Part shown: piece after piece, positions 9,444 to 19,756 of the stretch
How positions within the stretch are numbered: position 1 is the stretch's first letter
How the letters are laid out: each line of letters begins with the position of its first letter
Assembly (NCBI GenBank): GCA_028693645.1
Contig: JAQUUY010000001.1
Span: forward strand, 30,318-94,317
DNA from: Eubacteriales bacterium
GTDB taxonomy: Bacteria; Bacillota; Clostridia; Peptostreptococcales; Anaerovoracaceae
Length of the DNA stretch: 64,000 nucleotides
Direction of reading: 5' to 3'
The notes under the pieces: generated by a model
The model's input: the letters and a program-made list of their open reading frames with translations, nothing else
Told to the model about the DNA's origin: nothing
Database searches by the model: none
Program-made: the position numbers and the translations under genes

Positions 9444-10352
9444 ATGGCAGAATTGAAGAAAATAATGGAGTGTGTTCCCAATTTCAGCGAAGGACGCGAT
9501 CTTGCAAAGGTCGAAAAAATCGCAGATGCATTTAGAGGGAAAGAAGGAGTTCGCTTACTCGACTACTCCACAGATAAAGATCATAATCGCTGCGTTATCA
9601 CCGTTATTGGCGAGCCGGAACCGCTTGGCGAAGCAGTAATTGAAGCAATCGGGATTGCACAAAAGCTGATTGACATGAACAAGCATGACGGCCAGCATCC
9701 GAGAATGGGGGCGGCGGACGTGGTGCCGTTTATCCCCATCAAAAACGTCACCGCGGAGGATGCCGTAGCGCTTTCTCACGTCGTTGGCAAAGCAGTCGGC
9801 GAAAACTTCGGCATCCCGGTATTTCTCTACGAGAAATCCGCCACCGCCCCAAATCGTCAAAACCTTGCAGACATCAGAAGAGGTCAATTTGAGGGGCTTG
9901 AGGAAAAAATGAAAGATAAGGAGTTGTGGACTCCGGATTATGGTCCGGCCACGCCTCATAAAACCTTTGGAGCAGTTGCAGTCGGTGCCAGAATGCCGCT
10001 TTGTGCCTATAACGTTAATCTTGACACTGCAAACTTAGATATTGCAACGGCAATAGCAAAAAAAGTTCGCAATATCGGTGGTGGCCTTCATTATTGCAAA
10101 GCGATGGGTGTCGATCTAAAAGACCGCAAACAAACTCAGGTTTCAATGAATCTGACTGATTACACCAAGACAAGCATCTACAGCGCCTTTGAAATGATTC
10201 GCATGGAAGCGAGACGGTATGGGGTAAGTGTTGTTGGCAGTGAAGTCGTCGGACTGATTCCGCAACAAGCGCTGATTGACTGTGTTGAATACTACCTTCA
10301 GATTGAAGGATTTGCACCTGAACAAATCATCGAAAACCGTATCATGGAATAG
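9444..10352 (+). CDS. ftcD: glutamate formimidoyltransferase
   Basis: 302 aa. The N-terminal ECVPNFSEGRD motif is characteristic of the FT domain. Confidence 0.9.
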   Translation: MAELKKIMECVPNFSEGRDLAKVEKIADAFRGKEGVRLLDYSTDKDHNRCVITVIGEPEPLGEAVIEAIGIAQKLIDMNKHDGQHPRMGAADVVPFIPIKNVTAEDAVALSHVVGKAVGENFGIPVFLYEKSATAPNRQNLADIRRGQFEGLEEKMKDKELWTPDYGPATPHKTFGAVAVGARMPLCAYNVNLDTANLDIATAIAKKVRNIGGGLHYCKAMGVDLKDRKQTQVSMNLTDYTKTSIYSAFEMIRMEARRYGVSVVGSEVVGLIPQQALIDCVEYYLQIEGFAPEQIIENRIME

Positions 10353-10376
10353 TTTGTGCGAAAAACAGGAGGAGAA

Positions 10377-11645
10377 ATGGGCAACGTCTTATTGATCCAC
10401 GCGGAACAGCTTGTCACATGCAGCGGAATTTCAGCTAAAAAAGGTGCTGAGATGAAAAGACTGTCTGTGATTCCTGATGGTGCTGTCATGATTGAAGGAG
10501 ATACCATCAAATCGGTCGGAACAACAAGAGAACTCATCAAGCACTATGGCCCTGAAAAATGCAAAATTATCGATTGTACAGGAAAAGCAGTCCTTCCGGG
10601 CTTTGTGGATTCGCATACACATTTTATTTTTGCCGGTTATCGAGCCGAAGAATTTTCCTTGCGACTGCAGGGAATGAAGTACATTGATCTGATGCTTCGC
10701 GGCGGCGGGATTGCAGCTACTACAATGCCCACAAGAGAAGCTTCGCAAGAGGAACTGGAAGAACTGGGCGCGAAACGTCTTGCATCAATGCTTTCCTTTG
10801 GAGTCACGACGGTCGAAGGAAAAAGCGGCTATGGACTTGATTATGAAACGGAATTAAAACAATTAAGAGCGATGGACGCATTAAATGCTTCGCAGCCCAT
10901 TGATATCGTAGCAACCTATATGGGCGGACATGCTTTGCCCGAAGAATACAAAGACAATATTGAAGCATATATTGATTTTATGATTGATGAGGTATTGCCG
11001 GAAGTAAAAAAAGAAAAACTTGCTGATTTTTGTGATGTTTTTTGTGAAGCAGGTGTATTTGATCTCCAACAATCAAGGAGACTACTTGTTGCCGCAAAAA
11101 AAATGGGGTTTCAGGTTAAACTTCATGCGGATGAGATCGTTCCGCTTGGAGGAGCAGAACTCGCGGCTGAACTCTCGGCGGTATCGGCGGACCATTTGCT
11201 TAAAGCATCCGATGAGGGAATCGCACTCCTTGCAAAGGCGGGTGTCGTTGCAACGCTTCTTCCGGCTACCGCTTTTAGTTTAAAAGAGCCCTATGCGCAA
11301 GCCAGAAAAATGATTGACGCCGGTTGTGCCGTTGCGCTCGCTACGGATTTGAACCCCGGAAGCTGTTTTACGAATTCGATTCCGCTGTTATTTGCTCTTG
11401 CTACAATCCATATGGATATGACGATTGAGGAAGCTGTCACAGCCTTGACCATCAATGCCGCAGCTGCTATCGGAAAAGCAGATAAAATCGGGAGCATTGA
11501 CCCCGGAAAACTCGCTGATTTAGTCATTTTAGAATATCCCTCTTATGAATTTCTTCACTATCATTTTGCAATGAATTTGGTGGAAAAAGTCATTAAAAAA
11601 GGTAAAATCATCTATGATAAGGATTTGCTGAATAAGTTGGAATAG
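10377..11645 (+). CDS. hutI: imidazolonepropionase
   Basis: DSHTHFIFAG metal-binding motif of the amidohydrolase fold. ATG 10377 has AGGAGG 4-9 nt upstream, so I prefer it to the GTG 10356 of the ORF track. Confidence 0.92.
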   Translation: MGNVLLIHAEQLVTCSGISAKKGAEMKRLSVIPDGAVMIEGDTIKSVGTTRELIKHYGPEKCKIIDCTGKAVLPGFVDSHTHFIFAGYRAEEFSLRLQGMKYIDLMLRGGGIAATTMPTREASQEELEELGAKRLASMLSFGVTTVEGKSGYGLDYETELKQLRAMDALNASQPIDIVATYMGGHALPEEYKDNIEAYIDFMIDEVLPEVKKEKLADFCDVFCEAGVFDLQQSRRLLVAAKKMGFQVKLHADEIVPLGGAELAAELSAVSADHLLKASDEGIALLAKAGVVATLLPATAFSLKEPYAQARKMIDAGCAVALATDLNPGSCFTNSIPLLFALATIHMDMTIEEAVTALTINAAAAIGKADKIGSIDPGKLADLVILEYPSYEFLHYHFAMNLVEKVIKKGKIIYDKDLLNKLE

Positions 11646-11719
11646 TGTAATCGCAACGATAAAGATAAAGAAAGGAAAAACGGCAGGCTTTCAGAAGAGA
11701 ACTGCCGAAAAGAAAAATC

Positions 11720-12337
11720 ATGCTAAAAGACTTAACAGTAACAAGTTTTATGTCAACACTTGCCTCAAACTCTCCGGTACCCGGCGGCGGTAGTGCGGCG
11801 GCTCTGAGCGGCGCGGTAGCTGCGGGTTTGATTGCGATGGTTGCATCTTTGACCATCGACCGAAAAGGGCACGAAGAAGTCTGGGAGGAAATGAAAGCGG
11901 TTAAATCCTCCATGGAAAAGGTGGCAGAGGAGTTCTTGACACTTATGGACGAGGATGCAGAGTCTTACGCCGCAGTTATTTCCTGCTTTAAACTTCCCAA
12001 GGACAGTGAAGAAGAGAAAGCCTGCCGCAAAGAAGCAATTCGCAAAGCAACCATAAAGGCAGCGGAAGTTCCTCTTGGAATCGCCGAAAAAGCAGAGGCT
12101 TTGTTTGCTCCCGCAGAATTTGTAATTAAATGTGGAAATAAAAACGCCGTCTCCGATGGTGCGGTAGCGGCGATGAATGCAAGGACCTGTGTTCTTGCGG
12201 CCTTATATAATGTGAGAATCAATGCGGCTTCGCTTGCTGAATCAGCGGAAAAAGAGGAATTGACTGTGAAAGCAAATGCATTGGAACAATCTGCAATCGA
12301 AAAGGAAAGAGCCGTGCTAGCCTTAGTCTCTTTTTAG
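11720..12337 (+). CDS. formimidoyltetrahydrofolate cyclodeaminase / cyclohydrolase family protein
   Basis: 205 aa with LASNSPVPGGGSAAALSGA, typical of the FTCD C-terminal domain family. Confidence 0.88.
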   Translation: MLKDLTVTSFMSTLASNSPVPGGGSAAALSGAVAAGLIAMVASLTIDRKGHEEVWEEMKAVKSSMEKVAEEFLTLMDEDAESYAAVISCFKLPKDSEEEKACRKEAIRKATIKAAEVPLGIAEKAEALFAPAEFVIKCGNKNAVSDGAVAAMNARTCVLAALYNVRINAASLAESAEKEELTVKANALEQSAIEKERAVLALVSF

Positions 12338-13125
12338 GACAGTGCGACATCGAGGAACATCATCAAAAGAAAACCGGTCATAACGCTCATCGTGCCAAGA
12401 TTTGAATGTTCGCCGAGGTGGGCTTCCGGAATCAGCTCTTCTACGACGACATAAAGCATTGCACCCGCCGAAAATGATAGAATCCACGGCATGGCAGCTA
12501 AAATATTTCCTGCGGCAAGTATGGTCAAAACACCTGCCAAAGGCTCCACTAAACCTGACAACGCTCCATAAAAGAAGGCTTTCTTATTAGAAAATCCTTC
12601 TTTTTTTAATGGAAGAGAAATGGCAGCTCCTTCCGGAAAATTCTGTAGGCTCATACCAATCGCAAGAATGATTGCAGCGGACAAGGTCGCTTTTGACTGA
12701 TCTAAGGAAGCCAGAGCAAAAGCAAGCCCAACAGCCATTCCTTCGGGAATGTTATGAAGAGTCACCGCAAGTACAAGCATGGTGGTACGCTTTAGTTTGG
12801 AAGGAAGGCCTTCAGCCTCTTTGCTTCCGGGGTGCAGGTGAGGCAACAGGTGGTCAAGCAGCAATAAAAACAAAACACCGCAAGCGAAACCGCCGCAAGA
12901 AGGAAGATAGACAGGCAATCCTTGTTCTTTTGCTAATTCCATTGCAGGAAGGAGCAGCGAAAAGATAGATGCTGCAATCATGATTCCTGCGGCAAAGCCT
13001 AAAAAAACACGTTGAAGCGAAGGCTTCACCTCTCCTTTGAAAAGAAAAACGAGAGCCGCCCCCAAAACAGTAGCTAAAAAAGTACAGCCTGTTCCCAACA
13101 GAACGTAGATAATTGTCGTAGCCAA
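12334..13125 (-). CDS. zupT: ZIP family metal (zinc) transporter
   Basis: 263 aa, 8 TM helices, HNIPEGMAVG and QNFPEGAAIS motifs. TTG start with RBS AGGAGA. Confidence 0.85.
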   Translation of the reverse strand: MATTIIYVLLGTGCTFLATVLGAALVFLFKGEVKPSLQRVFLGFAAGIMIAASIFSLLLPAMELAKEQGLPVYLPSCGGFACGVLFLLLLDHLLPHLHPGSKEAEGLPSKLKRTTMLVLAVTLHNIPEGMAVGLAFALASLDQSKATLSAAIILAIGMSLQNFPEGAAISLPLKKEGFSNKKAFFYGALSGLVEPLAGVLTILAAGNILAAMPWILSFSAGAMLYVVVEELIPEAHLGEHSNLGTMSVMTGFLLMMFLDVALS

Positions 13126-13170
13126 TAATTTTCTCCTGTCAGTTTTTAAAATCTCGCCTGAATACCGCCC

Positions 13171-13881
13171 TTATAAAACGGCGGCTTCCAAGGCCAGTTT
13201 CATCATATCGGTAAAAGATTTTTCGCGTTCTTCGGCTGTCAAACGGCCGCCGGAGATAAAATGGTCACTGATAGTCACGATGGCAAGTGCTTTTGCGCCA
13301 AGTCGAGCGGCATTCATGTATAGTGCAGCGGCTTCCATCTCCACTGCCATGACACCCATCTTTGCCCAACGTTGCCACCAATCCGCTTGATCTTCGTAAA
13401 ATACATCACAGGAAACGATGTTGCCTGCATGAAGGGAAATGTTTTCTTTTTCGGAGACTTGTTTGACCTTCATCAATAAGTCGAAATCACAGCAGGGTGC
13501 AAAATTGCCGGGGAGATCATAGGTGTGCTGCCAGTTAGAATCAGTCGATGCACTGAGACCCGCAACGATATCCATTAATTTGATATTTTCATGAAAAGAT
13601 CCGGCCGATCCTACCCGAATTAGATTTCTCACGCCATATTCTTTGATGAGTTCATAACTGTAGATTCCCATCGACGGCATACCCATGCCACTGCCTTGAA
13701 CAGAGACAGGAACGCCTTTGTAGGTTCCTGTATAACCTAACATGCCTCGGATTTCGTTGTAACACTTTGGGCTTTCAAGAAATGTTTCGGCGATGAACTT
13801 TGCACGGAGAGGATCCCCAGGTAACAGAATTGATTCGGCGATATCTCCGGGTGCGGCGGCGTTGATATGTGCTGTGCTCAT
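13171..13881 (-). CDS. deoD: purine-nucleoside phosphorylase, DeoD type
   Basis: 236 aa from the internal ATG (MSTAHINAAPGD...). Contains GSGMGMPS and EMEAAALY motifs. The track's 31-aa N-terminal extension is unlikely to be real. Confidence 0.9.
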   Translation of the reverse strand: MSTAHINAAAPGDIAESILLPGDPLRAKFIAETFLESPKCYNEIRGMLGYTGTYKGVPVSVQGSGMGMPSMGIYSYELIKEYGVRNLIRVGSAGSFHENIKLMDIVAGLSASTDSNWQHTYDLPGNFAPCCDFDLLMKVKQVSEKENISLHAGNIVSCDVFYEDQADWWQRWAKMGVMAVEMEAAALYMNAARLGAKALAIVTISDHFISGGRLTAEEREKSFTDMMKLALEAAVL

Positions 13882-14065
13882 TGTATTCTTCGGTATACTG
13901 TCATAACAGCATACCACTCCTTTCCAAATAGTCTTATTGTTGATGTTATTATACCACAAGTGCCGCCGCGGCAAAAACCTGTTTTCTGCTTCCCTTTACT
14001 TGTGTTCAAAGATACGATACAATGAAACATCAAACGTTATTATTTGTTGTCCGGGGAAGGAGGGT

Positions 14066-15856
14066 ATGGTCTTATCGGCATCTGTCGAAGCCATACACAT
14101 GATCAAAATGAGTCAAAGCCTTGCCAGTCAATACTACTCTGTCAGAAATATCACTTCACTAAAAGAAATGTTGGATTCCAGCGTGGATCTCTACCGAAAA
14201 AACACCGCTTTTCTCATAAAAAAAGAAAAGGGTGGAGAATACTGCCGCATTTGTTATGAGCAACTTAAAAATGATGTGGAAGCTCTCGGAACGAAATTGT
14301 TAGATATGGGACTTCTCGGAAAGCGCATTGCTATCATTGGGGAGAACTGCTACGAATGGATTGTAGCCTATCTTGCCGTCGTAAACGGTGTCGGTGTTGT
14401 TGTCCCCTTAGATAAAGAACTAAATAAAGAAGAAATTTGCAATATTATAGATACCGCAGAATGTAATGCTGTTTTTCATACGAATACTTTCCGCGATATC
14501 TTCAAAGACCATCCGGTTGCCCATCAAATCGCTATGCGTTTGTATGGAGATCGGACGGAACTTTCGGAAGTGTTGCCGGATGAACCGGAAAAAGATGGGC
14601 TTTCAACTTGGGAGGCTCTTGTAGGTGCAGGGGAAAAGCTTGTAAGGGGCGGAGATCGCCGCTATATTGACTTTTCTTTGGATCCTGAAGAAATGCGTAT
14701 GCTCTTGTTCTCCTCGGGAACGACAGGTATGGCAAAAGGTATCATGCTTTCTCATCGAAATATCGTCAACGATATTATGGACACACGAAGAATCGTTCAT
14801 ATTAAACCCGAAGACAGGTCACTTTCTATTTTGCCAATCCATCACACCTTTGAATTGACCCTTGGGATTCTCACGCTCCTTTATTCGGGGGCGTCCATCG
14901 CTTTTTATGAGGGACTTAAATATGTTGCTAAAAATCTTGTGGAAGCGCAAGCCACGGTGCTTCTCGGAGTACCTCTGATTTTTGAGTCCATGTACAATAA
15001 AATCTGGAAGCAAGCAGCAAAGACAGGAAAAGACATCGCTTTACGAAAAGCAATCAAATTTAATCGCTTTTTAAGAGCAATGGGAATCAGTGCTGAAAGA
15101 AAGCTGTTTCATGCAATCCATGATAATTTTGGAGGAAAGCTACGGCTTTTGATTACCGGAGCCGCTGCAATTGACCCGAACGTATGTCGCGGATATGAAG
15201 ATATCGGCTTGAAAGTATTACAAGGCTATGGGCTCACGGAATGTGCTCCGCTCGTTGCGGGAACGCCTGACTTCTCTGACACCTACAAAAAAGCCGGTTC
15301 GGTTGGACCTGCACTGCCGAGTGGGCGATTAAAGATTGTCGACCCCGACGAAAACGGGATTGGAGAGATTGCGTATCAAGGGCCAAATGTTATGATTGGC
15401 TACTATAATATGCCCGAAGAAACGGCCGCCGTGCTTCATGATGGATGGTTTTTCACCGGCGATCTCGGATTTATGGACGACAAAGGCTGGCTTTATATCA
15501 CCGGAAGAAAGAAAAACGTTATTGTTACTAAAACAGGCAAAAATATATATCCCGAAGAAATCGAGCTTTATGTCAATCGCAGTCCCTACATAGAGGAATC
15601 TATGGTTTACGGAATCGATGAGGATCTCGATGAGGGAACCATCGTTGGAGTCCAGATTAAACCCGCGTATGAAGCAATCTATGAAAAATTTGGAGAAGAC
15701 TACAACGATGATCAGATTTATCAATTATTAAAAGAGGAAATTCGCGATATTAATACTTCTCTTGCTGTCTATAAAAGAATCAGAAACGTATCAATCCGCA
15801 GGGAGGACTTTATCAAAACAACGACAAAAAAGATCAAACGCCATCAAAACCTTTGA
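14066..15856 (+). CDS. AMP-dependent long-chain acyl-CoA synthetase/ligase
   Basis: AMP-binding signature FSSGTTGMAKG, plus YGLTE and GWFFTGDLG. ATG 14066 follows GGAGGG. Confidence 0.85.
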   Translation: MVLSASVEAIHMIKMSQSLASQYYSVRNITSLKEMLDSSVDLYRKNTAFLIKKEKGGEYCRICYEQLKNDVEALGTKLLDMGLLGKRIAIIGENCYEWIVAYLAVVNGVGVVVPLDKELNKEEICNIIDTAECNAVFHTNTFRDIFKDHPVAHQIAMRLYGDRTELSEVLPDEPEKDGLSTWEALVGAGEKLVRGGDRRYIDFSLDPEEMRMLLFSSGTTGMAKGIMLSHRNIVNDIMDTRRIVHIKPEDRSLSILPIHHTFELTLGILTLLYSGASIAFYEGLKYVAKNLVEAQATVLLGVPLIFESMYNKIWKQAAKTGKDIALRKAIKFNRFLRAMGISAERKLFHAIHDNFGGKLRLLITGAAAIDPNVCRGYEDIGLKVLQGYGLTECAPLVAGTPDFSDTYKKAGSVGPALPSGRLKIVDPDENGIGEIAYQGPNVMIGYYNMPEETAAVLHDGWFFTGDLGFMDDKGWLYITGRKKNVIVTKTGKNIYPEEIELYVNRSPYIEESMVYGIDEDLDEGTIVGVQIKPAYEAIYEKFGEDYNDDQIYQLLKEEIRDINTSLAVYKRIRNVSIRREDFIKTTTKKIKRHQNL

Positions 15857-15928
15857 TTTTTGAGTTGCTTGTAATTTATCCTTTGCTCGCAGAAGAGCAA
15901 GAATCCGTTTTTAAATCAAGCGCAAAAT

Positions 15929-15959
15929 AAAAAAGCTGGGAGACACTTCCAGCTTTTTT
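15929..15959. terminator. bidirectional terminator between convergent genes
   Basis: AAAAAGCTGG pairs with CCAGCTTTTT, with A and T runs on either side. Confidence 0.7.
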
Positions 15960-16018
15960 CAACGTTTTCACGTTAGTTTTGTGCATTTAACTTATACACA
16001 GGTGGGGACGGGTGAGCA

Positions 16019-16288
16019 TTATTCTGCCTTCGTTTTGTTAAAGCGCTTGGTCATTCTGGAAACTTTTCTGGAAGCTGCTTTTTTATGAACAGTTCCTTTG
16101 GCTACTGCCTGCATAAGTCTCTTTTCTGCCAAAGCTAATTTCTCTGCAGCAACAGTCGTATCTTTGTCAGCGATTGCTTTTTCAAAATTTTTGATGATCG
16201 CTTTCAAATGTGACTTGACTCTTCTGTTGGTCGCCGTCTTTTTTGCAATGACGCCGATCCGTTTTTTCGCAGATTTGATATTTGCCAT
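16019..16288 (-). CDS. rpsT: 30S ribosomal protein S20
   Basis: 89 aa. N-terminus MANIKSAKKR is diagnostic. Confidence 0.97.
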   Translation of the reverse strand: MANIKSAKKRIGVIAKKTATNRRVKSHLKAIIKNFEKAIADKDTTVAAEKLALAEKRLMQAVAKGTVHKKAASRKVSRMTKRFNKTKAE

Positions 16289-16323
16289 ATCTTCACCCCA
16301 CTTTCCTTAAACATAGCGTAATC

Positions 16324-16352
16324 AGTATACCGAAAACAGCTGGAAAATGCAA
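16324..16352 (-). promoter_or_regulatory. sigma-A type promoter for rpsT
   Basis: On the minus strand, TTGCAT, a 17-nt spacer, then TATACT. Confidence 0.5.
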
Positions 16353-16731
16353 GAAAAAGATTCTTAATTCCAGCAGAAGCATTTTTATTGCTTCCCCACA
16401 AAAATATATTTATAATCAATAGAAACGGGAGTTGTATATTTCATACGTTATATTTTGTTGATAATGAGGGATGAATCTATGAAAGATGCCGCTTCGGAAC
16501 ACAGCGCTGAATGGTTTGGCGCGCAAAGTGAGACCCCGCCGCAACTTTTGATAAAATACAGCAAATAAATTTAGCAAGAGGATTTTTATCATTTGAAAAG
16601 GAACCCATCTGCACAGCCAGGGGGAGTTTTGCATTGTCAGTGTAAGGGGAACTGTGGTACAATAACATCTGCTATATAGCTCATCAATTTGTAAACAAGG
16701 AAGAAATTTTATGTTTCTTCTAGGAGGAAAT

Positions 16732-18543
16732 ATGGATCCCTATCAGGAATCAATCAGAAATTTTTGTATCATTGCCCATATCGACCATGGCAAGTCAACC
16801 CTTGCTGATCGTATCCTTCAAAAAACCGGACTTGTTGCAGATCGCGACATGAAAGAACAATATCTGGACAATATGGATATCGAGCGTGAACGAGGAATTA
16901 CAATCAAGCTGCAGACAACGCGCTTGAAATATAAAGCCGACGACGGCAAAGAGTATATCTTTAATTTGATTGATACTCCGGGTCATGTCGATTTTACCTA
17001 TGAGGTTTCTCGCAGCCTTGCAGCCTGCGAAGGAGCCATTCTTGTTGTTGATGCAACCCAAGGCGTCGAAGCGCAGACCCTTGCCAATGTCTATTTGGCA
17101 CTCGATGAAAAGCTTGAAATCCTTCCTGTTATCAACAAAATCGATCTTCCGAGCGCAAGACCGGATGAAGTGAAACATGAAATCGAAGACATCATTGGGA
17201 TTGATGCTTCTGACGCACCATTGATTTCGGCAAAAGAGGGCCTCAATATCGAGCAGGTACTCGAAGCAATCGTAAAAATCGTTCCGCCGCCAACAGGGGA
17301 TCCCAAAGGAAAATTGAAAGCACTGATTTTTGATTCCTATTACGATAATTATAAAGGTGTCATCATTTATACGCGCGTTTTTGAAGGAACCTTGAAAAAA
17401 GGCGACATGATTCACCTTATGAATACCAAGAAAAAATACGAAGTCACGGAGGTCGGCGTCTATTCGCCCGGACCGATTCCCATCAATGAATTACGCGCCG
17501 GCGATGTCGGATATATTTGTGCCAGTATCAAACAGGTTGCAGATGCGAGAGTCGGCGACACCATCACACTTGAAAATGATCCGACAGAACATGCGCTCCC
17601 CGGATATAAGAAAATACCGTCGATGGTTTATTGTGGGCTTTATCCGGCAGACGGTGAAAAATATGAAGTCGTAAAAGATGCTTTGGAAAAGCTCCAGATT
17701 AATGATGCTGCCTTTTTCTTCGAACCTGAAACATCAACGGCTCTCGGTTTTGGTTTCCGTTGCGGCTTTCTCGGATTGCTGCACATGGAGATCATCGTGG
17801 AGCGGCTTGAGAGGGAATTCGAGATTGCCATCATAACCACTTCGCCATCTGTAATCTATAAAGTAGTTATGAATAACGGCAATATACTGATGATACAAAA
17901 TCCGTCCAATTTGCCATCAATGATGGAAATCGATCATATTGAAGAACCCATGGTCAAAGCAAACATAATGATACCGAAAGAATACGTAGGAAGCATTATG
18001 GAACTCTGCCAGGAACGCCGCGGCACGATGCTCCACATGGAATATATTACGGAAACCAGGGTACACCTTCATTATGAAATGCCTTTGAATGAAGTTATTT
18101 ATGACTTCTTTGATGCCTTGAAATCCAAAACAAGAGGCTACGGATCGCTTGACTATGAGTTTGATCATTACGAAAAATCAAATGTAGTAAAAATGGATAT
18201 TCTTTTGAACAAAGATCTGGTGGACGCCTTTTCCATGATAGTGCATGAATCAAAAGCATATCAGCGCGGGCGCTTCGTTTGTGAGAAGCTGAAAGATATC
18301 ATTCCGATGCATCAGTTTGAAGTGCCTATCCAAGCGGCCATCGGGCAAAAAGTCATTGCTCGTTCGACCGTCAGAGCCTTCCGAAAAGATGTTATCGCAA
18401 AATGCTATGGCGGAGATATCTCTCGTAAGAGAAAACTGTTGGAAAAGCAAAAGGAAGGTAAGAAGCGGATGCGTCAGTTTGGCAGCGTTGAAGTACCCCA
18501 AGAAGCATTCACAGCGGTTTTGAAATACGATGACAACAAATAA
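16732..18543 (+). CDS. lepA: translation elongation factor 4
   Basis: [19 protein letters not shown]1 motif, with full-length LepA features. ATG 16732 follows AGGAGG. Confidence 0.97.
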   Translation: MDPYQESIRNFCIIAHIDHGKSTLADRILQKTGLVADRDMKEQYLDNMDIERERGITIKLQTTRLKYKADDGKEYIFNLIDTPGHVDFTYEVSRSLAACEGAILVVDATQGVEAQTLANVYLALDEKLEILPVINKIDLPSARPDEVKHEIEDIIGIDASDAPLISAKEGLNIEQVLEAIVKIVPPPTGDPKGKLKALIFDSYYDNYKGVIIYTRVFEGTLKKGDMIHLMNTKKKYEVTEVGVYSPGPIPINELRAGDVGYICASIKQVADARVGDTITLENDPTEHALPGYKKIPSMVYCGLYPADGEKYEVVKDALEKLQINDAAFFFEPETSTALGFGFRCGFLGLLHMEIIVERLEREFEIAIITTSPSVIYKVVMNNGNILMIQNPSNLPSMMEIDHIEEPMVKANIMIPKEYVGSIMELCQERRGTMLHMEYITETRVHLHYEMPLNEVIYDFFDALKSKTRGYGSLDYEFDHYEKSNVVKMDILLNKDLVDAFSMIVHESKAYQRGRFVCEKLKDIIPMHQFEVPIQAAIGQKVIARSTVRAFRKDVIAKCYGGDISRKRKLLEKQKEGKKRMRQFGSVEVPQEAFTAVLKYDDNK

Positions 18544-19735
18544 TAAGGTAATCGGACTATATCTTCATATTCCTTTTTGCATCAAAAAATGCAGGTATTG
18601 TGCTTTTTTGTCCTATGATGGGGCAAAGGAGTACAGCCTGCATTCTGTTTATGTAAAAGCATTGCTGAAAGAGATTGCACATTATGCAAAAACACAGGCA
18701 TTAAATGATTATTTGGTCGATACAATTTTTATTGGTGGCGGAACCCCTACGATTCTTGCAGCAGAAGAGATCGCGGAGATTTTGACGGCTTGCAGAAAGA
18801 GCTTTCACGTGAAGGAAGATGCTGAAATCACAATCGAATCGAATCCCGGCACTCTTACCGAGGAAAAACTCGATGCTTATCTCAAGATGGGAATCAATCG
18901 CTTAAGTATCGGCGTGCAATCGTTTGATAATCGCTTATTAGAAAGCCTTGGACGGATCCACAGCAAGGAATACTTTCTTGAAAATTACAAGAAAGCGAGA
19001 ATGGCAGGTTTTTCAAATATCAATATCGATTTAATGTTTGGCCTTCCCGAACAGTCGGAGAAGCTATGGCTTGAGACTTTGGAGCAAGCAATCGCTCTTG
19101 ATCCGGAGCACATTTCGTTCTACAGTCTGCAAATTGAGGAGGGTACTCCTTTTTATAAAATGCATCAAGAGGGGACTCTCACAGAAACCGATGATCTGAC
19201 TGATCGAAAAATGTATCGTCAGGCGATAGATAAATTAACAAAAAACGCTTATCTTCCTTATGAAATATCAAACGCCGCAAAAGCAGGTTGTCTCTCGAAG
19301 CACAATCTTAAGTATTGGTCCCTTGTCGAATATCTCGGTCTTGGCCTTGGCTCCCACTCTTATTTTCAAGGATATCGATTTAGTAATGAAACAGACCTTA
19401 CAAACTATATCGAACAATTGAACGTGCACGAAAGAACGCAGCATTTTGAGAAGCTTTTTGACCCAAAAGAAAGCCCCGTTGTCGTGTGGTCGCATAAAAA
19501 CACGAGAAAAGAGGATATTGCAGAGTATCTTTTTACCGGGCTAAGGCGTCGGGAGGGGATTTCTCGTCAAGATTTCTATGAAAGATTTGCTGTTTCTGTT
19601 GATGAACTGTTTGAAAAAGAGATCAAAGGGCATCTACAAAATGGCTTAATGGAGAATAGCTCTGATGGTGGATTCCTTCGTCTAACCGCAGACGGGGTGG
19701 ATCTTTCCAATTCTGTCATGGCTGATTTCGTTTAA
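18530..19735 (+). CDS. hemW: radical SAM heme chaperone HemW (coproporphyrinogen III oxidase-like)
   Basis: CxxxCxxC radical-SAM motif ([10 protein letters not shown]). Overlaps lepA by 14 nt. Confidence 0.9.
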   Translation: MTTNNKVIGLYLHIPFCIKKCRYCAFLSYDGAKEYSLHSVYVKALLKEIAHYAKTQALNDYLVDTIFIGGGTPTILAAEEIAEILTACRKSFHVKEDAEITIESNPGTLTEEKLDAYLKMGINRLSIGVQSFDNRLLESLGRIHSKEYFLENYKKARMAGFSNINIDLMFGLPEQSEKLWLETLEQAIALDPEHISFYSLQIEEGTPFYKMHQEGTLTETDDLTDRKMYRQAIDKLTKNAYLPYEISNAAKAGCLSKHNLKYWSLVEYLGLGLGSHSYFQGYRFSNETDLTNYIEQLNVHERTQHFEKLFDPKESPVVVWSHKNTRKEDIAEYLFTGLRRREGISRQDFYERFAVSVDELFEKEIKGHLQNGLMENSSDGGFLRLTADGVDLSNSVMADFV

Positions 19736-19756
19736 GCCTTGCTAAGGAGGGCATCT

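Noticed and set aside
13882-14065. N-terminal extensions of the track ORFs here (deoD to 13974, acyl-CoA ligase from 13937). Similar extensions occur at 29962, 32781, 49329, 50164, 52331 and 59724.
   Set aside because: The extensions overlap each other or known promoter/leader sequence and lack an RBS. Internal ATGs with Shine-Dalgarno sequences give proteins that begin at the conserved family N-termini.
16795-17415. 206-aa minus-strand ORF.
   Set aside because: It is antisense to the GTPase domain of lepA, so it is a shadow ORF.
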